64,000 nt of DNA from Lobosporangium transversale. Its lineage: Eukaryota. Made by a program: the position numbers and the translations under genes. Of the stretch, positions 1-11,477 are shown piece by piece. The notes below the pieces were generated by a model. It worked only from the letters and a program-made list of their open reading frames with translations. It had not been told where the DNA came from and did no database searches. The stretch spans positions 558,001 to 622,000 of the forward strand of contig NW_019028980.1 in NCBI RefSeq assembly GCF_002105155.1. Reading direction: 5' to 3'. How positions within the stretch are numbered: the first letter of the stretch is position 1; every line of letters starts with the position of its first letter.

Positions 1-430
1 CTTAAAAGATCGAGCTTCGGTTAGGAAAAAAAAAGAAAGTAAGCTGAATTGAACTAATAACAATACCAATTAGTATACGCCTTTGCGGATGTAAAGCATT
101 TATTAGAAGACATATTAAAGCGGACTAACTCCTGCATAAGCATGATAAGTATTTGTACTTCAACGCTTTATAAGTTCCAATCCAATACATCTACTCGTCG
201 TGATATAGCCTCGTCATCGCCTGTAGTTCGAAACGCATGTTGACGACCACTTATTAATAAAGCCGATTCGCGTATCGAATTGATGGGATGAACGGTTTCA
301 ACATTATCGCGCGAAGGGAGAGGTGCAAGATAGTAAAAATACTCAATAGAGAGAAGGAGAGATAGGAAATATTTTAAAATATATATTTTTCCTTGCATTG
401 ATTATCACCATTTCATCATTTTCAATTTCA

Positions 431-918
431 ATGCGACCGTCATCTACATCCCATTGTACAGACGTTGGAGTCCTGAGCCTGCTGCAGGCCATTCCATGTC
501 GTTACTGGATTATATTGCTCTGTGGATTCGGACTGATGATCTCTTATGCAGGCATGTTCACCAAAGAATGAAAATAAAGGATATGACGAACGTGCACAAG
601 TTCTAATAAAATGACGCATCCAATGTTCCAAATGTCTGTTGTTCTCTCTCACGGATAGATCGGTCAAATATGGCTGTAGCAATTGTGGCTATTGCACGCG
701 AGTATGGCTACACAAAACCTCAACAAGGTCTCATCTTAGCCGCGTTCTTTTTAGGATACATTTCAACACCCATCCTTGGAGGCACATTGGCAGATCGTTA
801 TGGCGGCAAGTCTGTCCTTGCCATTGGTATGAATGCCATCAAGTCCTATCTATCTATTTTTATACACTCTCTGCACTGAACCCTTTCAGGAGTGAGGGTT
901 TTAGAGATATAAGTTTTA

Positions 919-949
<31 letters not shown>

Positions 950-2961
950 CAGGTGGATTGATTTGGACAGTTTTTACAATATTAACGCCTCTTGCATCGA
1001 GTGCTGGAGTTTTCTGGATAGTTGCTGCTCGTATAGGACTCGGGCTAGGTGAAGGTATACACTTCACAAGAATATCTCAGTAAATGGTTTTGCTGTCAAA
1101 GGAGAATAATGCTAGTGTCTGAGAAAACGGTATTAAACTATGAAGTAAAATCGCGCTCCGGCGTTTCTTTTTTTTTTTTTTTTGTTTTTGGAAATTACTA
1201 AGGTGTTGCATATCCTTCCGTTCATGCGATGATTGGAACTTGGATCCCACCAAATGAACGCTCCAAGGCTGTTGCGACTGTCACAGCTTTTGCATACTTG
1301 GGCTCCGTTATAGCCCTTCCAACTTCGTCAGCCTTAGTGGTGTCTTCGTGGGGCTGGCGAAGCATCTTCTGGCTCTTTGGGATCCTAGGGTCAGTGTGGA
1401 ACGTGGCATGGCAGGTAAATTGTACGGAATGAAGGAGGTTTAGCATTATATAGTAAGACCGCTAATGAATATCCAATTCATCGTTATTACCGTCTTGCCT
1501 CTTTTTTTTTTTTTTTTTTCTTTTTTAACAAGATCTGGGGTGCAAGCGAGCCGTCTTCTTGCAGATGGATTTCTGAACATGAGAAACACTGGATTTATCA
1601 ACAGCAGCAACTGGACCGACGGCGCGACGTTATACGGGATAATGGTGCATTATTGGAAAGGATAAATTCCAGAAATACACTGGATCAGGAAAACGATAGC
1701 CCACAGCACATCCAGGCAGCACTTGCTGCATTAAGAGGGACGTTTATCGCCTATCATTCTCTATCGCCCACTATCGATGACAGTAACTTGGATGATACAA
1801 CTACCCTATGTGTTTCCGAAGAAAGTGATGGCTTGAATGATCACCTAAAGGTCCAAACGATATCATTCTCGCCAGGGCTCAGTCCAAGCAGGACAACCGC
1901 AACCGAATCTCTATCATTGACAGCATGCAGCTCACGCTGGGAAATATTTCGCAACAAGATACGATCCAAGAGACGTGATGGTGTTAAGGTAGCCAGAAGT
2001 ACGCCTGTACCATGGAAAGAGTTAATAATGCGACGAGAAGTTTGGGCAATCATTTTTTCACAGGTAGTGATAAAAACAAATAACAAAAGTAAAGAGTAAA
2101 AGCAAGAGGTCCCAGATTTTTAAACAACAATCGAGCAAAAACGACTAACCTAAAGAACTATTAGTTATTTAACTCGTTCGGCTTTTTCATAATGCAGTCC
2201 TGGCTCCCCACATTTTATCTCGATTATTATGGTGTGGATGTAGGGAAGATTGGTTACTTTGCAGGTAATTTCTCTTTTTTATTTTATTTTAATTTATTTT
2301 GATATTTTATTTGTTGCATTTATATCTTTACTTCTATGTAAAAACTATAGTCGTACCATCAGCAGTACAAGGCACCATGGGGCTAGTAGCAGGTTATCTT
2401 GGGGATAAAGCCGCTCAGGACTGGCACTGGGCAACATTAACCGTCCGCAGGGCAGGTCAAACAGTCGGCAGTCTCGGCTTGGGCGTTTTCTTGTTGATTG
2501 CCGTTGGCTTTGCACACACAGCAACATTGGCCATGGCTTTGATCACCATTGGAATGGCTCTAAATGGATTCACTATGATCGGGGCGTCTGCTTATCAAGT
2601 ACGCTTGCTATATTATGTTGTACTATACAATGCTTAATTCTATATTTATTTACTCATATTTTAAAGGTATATTTTTCTAATTTTTTATTTTGTTTGCTTT
2701 CTATAGCACGATTTTTGTCCTGAGTATGCGGGGTTTATTTTCTCGCTTGGAAACACTGCAGGCTCCATTCCAGCACTCTTTGGTGTTTTCCTAGTTGGCG
2801 TACTACTCGATAATGGCGGTGGTAATAGCGGCACCAATCCATGGGCTCTTGTCTGGACCATAGTCTGTCTCTTTTACATCACTGGAACCATTCTATTCAT
2901 ACTGCTGTCAACCCACAAGAAGTTTTCTCTAAACGCCATTACCACACTCGCGGGGCAATGA
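431..2961 (+). CDS. MFS anion:cation symporter (SLC17/PHT4-like), multi-exon
   Basis: Spliced reading from ATG 431 gives ...ISYA|DRSNMAVAI..., GGTLADRYGGK, RIGLGLGEG, WIPPNERSKAV and WLPTFY, which are SLC17/ACS-family motifs. Stop TGA 2959-2961. First intron is GC-AG (552-658). Confidence 0.88.
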
Positions 2962-3121
2962 ATTAAAAGTCCAGAAAATAGAGGTGGACATTTGTACGTT
3001 TGTTCGGTGCTTTAGTAGCCAGTGTAGAAAAATGGAATAGCTTCCAACATTTTCAAATCTACTATCATACGTTGTTCCATCTATGAAAAGTCTATCCTGC
3101 CGTAGTCGAGTTTCTTAAGTT

Positions 3122-3182
<61 letters not shown>

Positions 3183-3846
3183 GTTCTTTTAGGATAAATG
3201 TTTGATAGAAGATGAGAATATCCGATCAAGCTCATATGCTTTTCTTCTACGGTTTTTCGATATAACGCATTGTTCATTGTTCTTCCTTAGCCAAATTGCA
3301 AAAGTAGGGTACTCTTCGTTTCAAATACTTCAGATCAAATAAGCCTTACTCTTAATTTAAATGGTATATTTTGTATTTTTTTTTTTTTTGTTTTGTTTTG
3401 ACAATCAATTGAGCAAAATAGTGGTCTTTTTCTTTAGAAAACAGCACAGCTCTTGTCTGACGTGGCCTATACTTCGACCAGAGAAAGTGGCACAAATTGT
3501 TTACTTGTTTGTGTTTACTTGAGTGTGAATGTTGAACAACCTCAAAAGCAAGCTGTCCTATTTTCATCATGTTACTTGTTACCACATGTATTTACTATGC
3601 TACCGAAAGATCTGTGTTTATTTTACAGAATAAATAAATACATGTCTCTTTCGCTCTTAAAGAAAAGAGCAAGATTTAATGCGAAGGTGGAAGCACAAAA
3701 GCAGTGAAGTGATCAAGGAATCAACACACCAGATATTATCCAGGGATCGTTGTTATAGTTCTGGAGGAATAGATCGATAAAGGTCCCATTGAAAAATCCT
3801 CTTGCAATATCGATGGTGTCAAATTGTGACAGGCTTTTTACAAAAA

Positions 3847-4247
3847 TCCCAATTGTGGATCATTTTTAGATCCCACAATAAAGACAAGTTTTCAATCCCA
3901 GTTTTTCTGAGCTTTCCAATTGTTTTCGCCAGTCACTCAGGACAAGGACTATAAAAGCACCTTTCAATCGGGAAGCTGTTGTTTCTGTATCGACTGTACT
4001 TACAGGATCTCTGTCTAGTACATCTCTAGTCTTTGTTTTCCAACTCAGACACACAGTTTACTCTCGACGATGAGTTGCAGCGCGCTGCCCGTAAAGGGAA
4101 GCGAAGCAACAGGTCTTGTTCCTCTGGGACAGTTCCTGGTAGCTTATTGATGATCTTGTCTGGCCTTATGTTAATAAGACCATGATGAGGGCGGTCGCGC
4201 ATTCTGAGAGTTTACCTTACACTTTTCTCTTATATTCAATCAAATCA
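3847..4247 (+). repeat. 401-bp inverted duplication, copy A (partner 12635-13035)
   Basis: Reverse complement matches 12635-13035 with two mismatches by eye, both in the upstream flank. The ORF track shows the same 62-aa spurious ORF at both sites. Confidence 0.97.
3989..4211 (+). ncRNA. U3: U3 box C/D snoRNA, copy A
   Basis: 5' ATCGAC-TGTACTT-ACAGGATC (GAC box, A', start of A) can pair with the conserved 18S 5' sequence GAUCCUGCCAGUAGUC. Also box C' GACGATGA, stem GCGCGCTGCCC/GGGCGGTCGCGC, B-like AAGCGA, box C TTGATGA, box D CTGA and terminal stem ACTC/GAGT. Length 223 nt; TATAAAA at 3950-3956. Confidence 0.88.
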
Positions 4248-6732
4248 ATCATCCAAATTTTTTCGTAACTCTCTTCACTCTTATATTCAAAGCTATGCCA
4301 TGAAGTTGAATGCGGTTCGGATGAAGAAGACTTGCTCCAGATCTGAGAGACCTAATAACTGGAAGGCGAATGCGATGTAAAGGGCCGCCACTAAGGTCTC
4401 GGTAGCTGTCCCTACGACAGTTAGAATAAGAACATTTACTGATGACGATCGATAAACACTCAACATCCACTATTCAACATTGACATGTAAAAAATTGAAT
4501 TGTGTAGTGGCTACTAGAATGGCGTAAATTGTACCATTGATCCAGAATAGGCACATGCGAACAGCGATCCTCTTGTAGGAAGCCCTTTAGCATAGCAAAA
4601 CTAAAGAAAAAAAAAAAGTCAGTAGTTCGTAAAACCCGTTGAAAAAGTACTTGTACATGGGAACGCAACCATGAAGCTAAATGACTATGCTTTAAAACAT
4701 CAATACTTTCCAAAACTGCCCTGCATAATTTTGGACTGGCTCCTAATTATTGTATTACCAGTGTTTCTCCTATGATTGACTCTCTTTGCTCAACTTGACC
4801 CCTGACACCCCTTGTACTTGTGATGGTGAATGACGAGTTTATGCTTACTCAATATCAGTAGCATCTACACCATTCCTTGCGGCAAACGATTTTGAGAGAT
4901 CCTTAAAGCTGGATTATATGGTGCTGGACATAGATGTAAGTGGTTCAAGTCAGCTTTGTCTTCAAAGAATTATTTTTTCTTTTCCTGTATTGGAATGATG
5001 CATGTGCTGCAATGTGAAGAGAGAAAGAAAGGAAAGGAGAGGAGAAGATGTGTGAGTTACTGGCACAGATGATGGTATAGATACAATAAACAGAAGGAGA
5101 CATATGCATATATACAGTTGTTAGTCATTTTTAAAGACCAATTGAGCTTTGCCTCAAGGACGATGAAGGAAATGTGGGACACCTAGACTAAGAGATATAG
5201 AGCAAAGCTCATAGTTGTTAAAAAAAAAGCATGCGAAGGAGGCATCGGATAAGCTACGCACAAAGCATGAGCACTTTGGGGCAATCAGCCTCAGGAGAAG
5301 CGAGCTAACTAAAGCCCAGTTTGATAGCCACACTAGCTGTGCTAGGACTAAGAGAACTGACTATGTATTGCTCCCTCTTAGTCGTGCCCTTGGCCACACG
5401 TAATTGAACCCGAGATTGCGCCGTCACTAAATTTTAGGTTAGTGCGTCCATCAGTTCCGCATCTTATCAAAACAAGACTAGTCGTACGGGGCTTACATAA
5501 CTTTCGAAGTTTTTAGGGAGAGAAGCCATAAAATACCCCGGCATTTCGGCCAATGGGCAGGGCTAAAGCGCAAATCGCTTACAAAAAAAACTGAGAACTA
5601 AAGAGAATGGAGGATAGAGGAGGGAAAAGGGACGGGCCTTTTGTAACAGGGCTTCATTGGCCTTAAACGTTCAAATTCATAAAAAAAGTTGCCGTTTAAT
5701 TGGTTCTCTATTGCTGATTGCTTTTTTTTTTTTTTTACTCTATTTGTCTGTAGAGCTTTGGAGGTTATTCAAAAAATGAAGTGTATTTTGAAAAGACCAA
5801 ATGTTCACTTTTTTCTTTGGTTAATAGACAAAAAGGAGCATAAATAGGGAGAGGACAGCAAAAAAAGGTAGGATGAGCATTACAAGCAATGGGAATAAGC
5901 TTATAACACAGTAATATATTAATTTTGTTCTCATTCAAGACAGGGGACAGCAAATAAAGCACTTGGAGACATTGAAATTCGGTTGAGCGACAAAGGAGGA
6001 AGTGGAAAGGGAGAGCCTTGTAAACATAGCCTTGTCTCCTCTTTTCTCTCTCACTTCGAGACTCAATTAGGGAGCCTCTAATCTCATTTCTTTAGGCTCC
6101 ATAACCCATGTCCTCGCGTTTTCAGACCCTCTCATCTTTCTGTACTCATCGACTTATGTCTTTGCGCTTTCCTCACTCTTTGTAATATGGAATAAATAAT
6201 ATGCCATGGAATATTGAATGTAAGGTAGGGCATTTTCTTTGTGCTTCGTATAGCGGCTTTGCCAGCCAGGAATAAGCTGATCAGAAGTGAAAAACCAATA
6301 GGCGATCATATTTGGTGTTGCAACTACGCCCCATCATGCCTTGCAAAAAACAAAAAAAACCATTCATGTAAAAGCAGAATAATTATAGCAATAACAAATT
6401 GTTTGAGCTCAGAACAACGTGGCCGTGGATTGGGCATTGAGCCTCATGTAATAGTACTGATGCCCCTAACACGAAGGTATTCTTTTGTAGCAGCTCCTGA
6501 GCATTGGCATGCAAATGGAGTAATCGCAAAGAGACAGTATTTAAAACGAGCTGTATCTTTGATCCAGCCCTTTTCTTCCTTCTTTGTTTGGACCTTTGCC
6601 TTTATCGATTTCTTCCCTTACCATAAAATAGTCCTCGCTCGCCTTTATTCTCCCCCATTTTGCTTCGCTCGCTAAAGCATAACAAAGCAACAGTGATTTC
6701 GGAATAGAAATTCTCCTAATAACACTAGCACC

Positions 6733-7227
6733 ATGCTTTTCAATCACCCCAGTGCCTTCGTTTTCTCAACTCCATACCAAACAACTTCCTCATCATCCCC
6801 ATACTCGGCCCCTTTAAGAGGCCTACATATCCAATTGACACCTCCACCACATGTTGGAGCATCCGAGGGTCCAACTTGGTCACCATATCTCAAGTCGTCG
6901 CAACAAGTCTCTTCTCGATTGTATGATCACAACCATATGAACTGGTCTTCTACTAGCTTTTCGAATATCTCACATGGCCGTTCCCGAAGCGGCCCATCAT
7001 CATCATCATTGTCGGTATCATCAGCGTCAATATCAGCATCCATGGCTTCTTCTGCATGCTTCTCTTTGTCAATGCCAAGCGAGGACGGCGATACAGTTGA
7101 GGAGCTTGATGAAAGAGATGTTTTTAATGATAGATGGAAGAGGTTCAATCTTGAAGAGATGGCACAAGAGCCTCCAAGCCCATTACCATCCTTCTCTAAG
7201 ATCATCGCCATCTCATCCGATCAATAA
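6733..7227 (+). CDS. hypothetical Ser-rich protein (164 aa)
   Basis: ATG in CACCATG context, uninterrupted ORF, disorder-like composition with an acidic segment; AATAAA overlaps the stop. No family recognised. Confidence 0.45.
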   Translation: MLFNHPSAFVFSTPYQTTSSSSPYSAPLRGLHIQLTPPPHVGASEGPTWSPYLKSSQQVSSRLYDHNHMNWSSTSFSNISHGRSRSGPSSSSLSVSSASISASMASSACFSLSMPSEDGDTVEELDERDVFNDRWKRFNLEEMAQEPPSPLPSFSKIIAISSDQ

Positions 7228-7630
7228 AAGAGAGAGAATGCAGGCTTTTGCTTACATGAGACAGATCAAACATCTCCCATCTTTCACGCGCGCCTTTTTA
7301 TCTTTCTGTCAAAGGATACTAAAAAAAAGTAAATGAAATAAAGTGTACAGAATCTTCCCTAAATGAGTGGGCCTTTTTTTTTCTCATTTTCGCTATTATT
7401 ACTTGCTTCGCCAAAGGTTGGATCGATCATATGGTGCAATGCATGCTGACCACAGTTGAACCGCAAAAGAGCACAAAAAGATGCTGTTTGCAAAGCAGTC
7501 CACTTCCTTTTTTTTTTTATTCTTGATGGTGGCAAAAATGGTGACCTGAGCGTTATTGCACTCTATTTAGTACATACATTACCTCCTGTCATCTCATTCT
7601 TGTCATCAACTACATCCACAATAGTAACAA

Positions 7631-7663
<33 letters not shown>

Positions 7664-7882
7664 AATCAACAACACACGCAGATACTTGTCCTTCTACCTT
7701 CCTCTCATCCCGCTGTCCATCGCCGGCTAAAGTCATTCTCAATCGCACATCATCCTACCCCTTGCGCACTTACAAAAAAGAAATCCATAACAAAACTCGG
7801 TCCAAGCGCATTTATTGCGCTTTTGTTGAATGAGAGCCTGAGGAAGAAAGTATCGGCTTCTGACTACACGTCAAGTATCGCA

Positions 7883-8452
7883 ATGCTGTCATCTTGCACA
7901 ACGCTCCCATTGCGACGACTTCGTACCCCTTTTGGCGCGCCATGTTTTTTGCGTTTTATGGACGTATTTAGACCAAGAAGTGCTAGTTTCCCTCAAAACT
8001 TCACTGTGGATATAGCGCGTCAGGGGCAAAGAAATTCTAGCCGAGATGCCACTTCGACTCATGTCAAATCAAGGTCATATGACTATGCAACAATGGCAGG
8101 AATTCCTAGAGTAGTATCACCCCAACGACATGTTACTACGTTGACTACCGGTCGACCGAAATATAGCTCGCCTGTGAAAAAATCAGAAAAAGCCGTCCAA
8201 TCATCATTGATATCGTCTTTGATATCATCGACGCCGTTATCATTGTTATCATCAATATCGTCATCAGCGCCAAAAACACAGAGGTCTATAAGCTTTCCTC
8301 GACCAGGGAATTTAGTACCACCTGGTCCGGATGCATTACCCTATCTGGATTTTAGAACGAATGATTCAAGAGAAGTTTTTTATACGAATAATGAAGAAGA
8401 AGCTAACCTTTGGCTGGAGTCTCCAGAATCAAGCCGGTATGTTTTTTTTTTC

Positions 8453-8485
<33 letters not shown>

Positions 8486-10206
8486 GCACGAGTCTGTTCT
8501 CTAAAACAATCTTTTATAATTCTTCCAACCTTTTTGTTATTCAATAGAACGAAAATGTGGGCATTTGATCTCGAATGGAAAGCATACGACTATATAACGC
8601 GAGGAACCGGCCGCGTGGCACTTGTCCAACTTGGTAACGATAAAACCATCTATCTCTTTCACGTGATCCACATGAACAAGTTTCCATCAGTGCTTGCCCG
8701 TATCTTGGAGGACCCACGAGTCCTTAAGGTCGGTATTAATATCCAGTAAGCTAATCACCTCTAGACTGATGTTTCGTGATTTCATTGAAATGACTTGTTA
8801 TTCTACCTCGTTTTTATCATCTATTTATTTCTATAAATCTAATGTTCGATTGCTCAGCTAATATATACGGTGGTGTTTTCAAAATGGATGCTATAGAAAT
8901 GATGGAACCAAGCTCATGAAAGATTGGGGCGTTGGGTGTGCCAGCCTTGTGGAATTAGGTGTACTCTCGTTTCAGCTCCAGCCTGACCCATCACAACGTA
9001 TAGTCCGCAGCATGACAAACTTAACAAGGGAGTTGGTAATTTTTTTTTTTCTTTTTTGGTAAAGAGACGCTAGACAATATAGGGCTTCTCAAAAATAATC
9101 ATAGCTCATCCTTCTTTTTGTATTGTTTCTCGCCCTGTACATAGCTTAAGCATGATGTTAAGAAAAACAGTAGTACAAGAATGGGTGACTGGGATCGCAA
9201 GTGTTTATCATCAAAGCAATTAGCGTATGCTGCAAATGATGCGTTTGTTACATACAAAGTTGCGGAAAGAATCAAGGAATTGCAAATGCTTCAGCCTCCG
9301 CCTAAACAGGATTATATTGTACGACTTATAACGATCGGTGCTGACGGAGCCATACGTTCTGATGTGCGTGGCACGTTACAGGAGCGTGAGAACCATGCTA
9401 TGTCAATCCTGGATCTTGTAGATCGACCGTTAAAAGGCTCTGCAGTCAAAAAGTCTTCACCACTGGGAGATGAGTTGCCTTTGAGCACGACTACAGGTAT
9501 TACACCTGCAACAAAAGTTACAATGGCTGGACACAACTCTACAATTAGGGCGCGAAGGAAACAAAATACTAAAGCAAAGACATCAGCCGCACCTAAATCT
9601 TTGGATAATGTGATTATCCGTTTGCAAAAGTCAGAAACCGCCTCTTCTTCCTGGGATCTACCATCTGAGTCGCCAAGAAAACGCACTATAAAAAAGCTGT
9701 CTGCGTTGAAGGGAGATCTCAAATTTTTCTATACGAATAATGAAGAGACTCATCAAGCTATCAGGCACGGAAGTAGAAGCGTCGTCACTGTCATACCCTT
9801 AAAGCAGCGACAGCGATTTTTACGGCAACAAAAGAGGACATTCACGGACGAGAGGTTTACTTCTAGAGAGAGTAGTTGCAGAGCTGACAACAACAATGAT
9901 TATCATGGAGGAGGTGCCACTTCTGATAGCAACGGAGCAATTGAGATAAAAGGACATAGGTATGATGGCGATGTTTATTTGCCAAGTCAGTTGCTACCGG
10001 AGCCATTAGACGGAAAAGACGTGCTTGAAAGGAACCAGGCAGTTTGGCTAGAATCTAGTGGTAGTGATCATTTTGACAGCTCAGCTTTGTTGGACAGAGA
10101 AGATTGGTATCTAGGACAGAACCAGGCTTTATTTCAGTCACTTGTGTCAGACTCTATTGCTGGGGAAGCAATACCTTCGCGTAGAGACCCAGCGGGGTCA
10201 GAATAA
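7883..10206 (+). CDS. DEDDy 3'-5' exonuclease (WRN-exo/EXD2-like), 4 exons
   Basis: ExoI AFDLEWK, ExoII KVGINIQND and ExoIII WDRKCLSSKQLAYAANDA. GT-AG introns 8437-8547, 8746-8896, 9036-9144. First in-frame ATG 7883 begins an Arg-rich, acid-free N-terminus. Confidence 0.85.
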
Positions 10207-10376
10207 AGTACACTGTACATATTTTATGTAGAAATTGTTACTCAGGTGAAACTTGTTTCTGGGCCTCTCAAGCATGAAACGCAGCAATCACGTGATGTCT
10301 ATCGATATTTTAGGCTTCAGCCGTTGAAGTTGATTGATTGATTGTTGTCACAAAAACTAAAAAGCATTGAATTACC

Positions 10377-11444
10377 ATGCCTCGCAATAACGATTCAGTC
10401 TCGCTCTATGTGAGCGGCTTCAGAGACAGCACTCGGTATGGATCAATTAAGAGAGGTAACATTTCTTCCTAACGCTGCTCGGACAATCCAATGGCTAACA
10501 GACAATGTCCGTAAATACGAACTTGTATAAAATATCCTCACAGTCCTAGTGATCTGGCTTCAATCTTTGAGCCTCACGGGCGTATCTTGGATGGTAATTA
10601 ATGCTACTTGAGTCCGTTTTCCTACTTACTTGCAGCTATACTCTGTCAGAAGCCAGCCCACTGATGTGCTCTTACTCTTTATCTTTTATTCAATTTCCTA
10701 TCCTACTGGGCATGGGATGCTAATGATCTTCAGTTTATATTCCCAAAGGTGAGTAAGATGAAGTAGAAAAGAGCGAAAACAGGATGTTTAATCTTTGAAT
10801 CCTATCCCTCCTCAGGTTAAAAACCTAAAACTTTTTTTACCTTTGTCAATTCGATTAGACTATTACACCCGTGCACCTCGAGGTTTTGCTTATATCCAGT
10901 AAGGAATATGTTTTAATGCATAATAACGGAATGATGCAACCAAATGAAAAAAGAGGATCAATTGTTTCCACAAAAAAAGTGATGCTTCGTTTAATTGGGT
11001 CATATGCAGGAGAAATTAACACAAGATACAATGAAAGAATGTCTACCTGCATGTTTTTAATGAACATTGATTGATATTGCACAGCATTGTTTAATGATTA
11101 TGTATTTCGCCTTCTGGTGCGCACCCTTTCTCTTTCTACACCTTTTTGTCCTAAATCAAAAGACACTTTTTTACTTCAAGTCAAGTCAAGAAGGAGCACC
11201 TGGGTTGAAACGACAAGACATATTATTCAAGGGGAGCTACGCTACCTGTGAAGATAAAAGGACTGGCGGAAAGGCTATACAAGATTAACAAAAAGATCTG
11301 CCCTCAAGAGAATGCATACTTTTTTTTTTGTTCATCTTATATCCCTTTACTATCCTCGACAGGCCTCATTTTCGCCACTTACTACCTATTGGACCAGCTC
11401 CTAACCGACTACCAAATAATCTACGTTTTCGCTCCTTACATACT

Positions 11445-11477
<33 letters not shown>

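Noticed and set aside
3866..4054. 62-aa ORF, repeated at 12828-13016
   Set aside because: Antisense to U3 and its promoter, GTG start, no family; explained by the duplication.
5434..5442. TTAGGTTAG as a telomerase RNA template
   Set aside because: Would specify TTAGG rather than TTAGGG; a 9-mer is expected by chance and nothing else supports it.
5484..5496. GTACGGGGCTTAC resembling RNase MRP CR-V
   Set aside because: No matching GAAAGTCCCC-type CR-I upstream.
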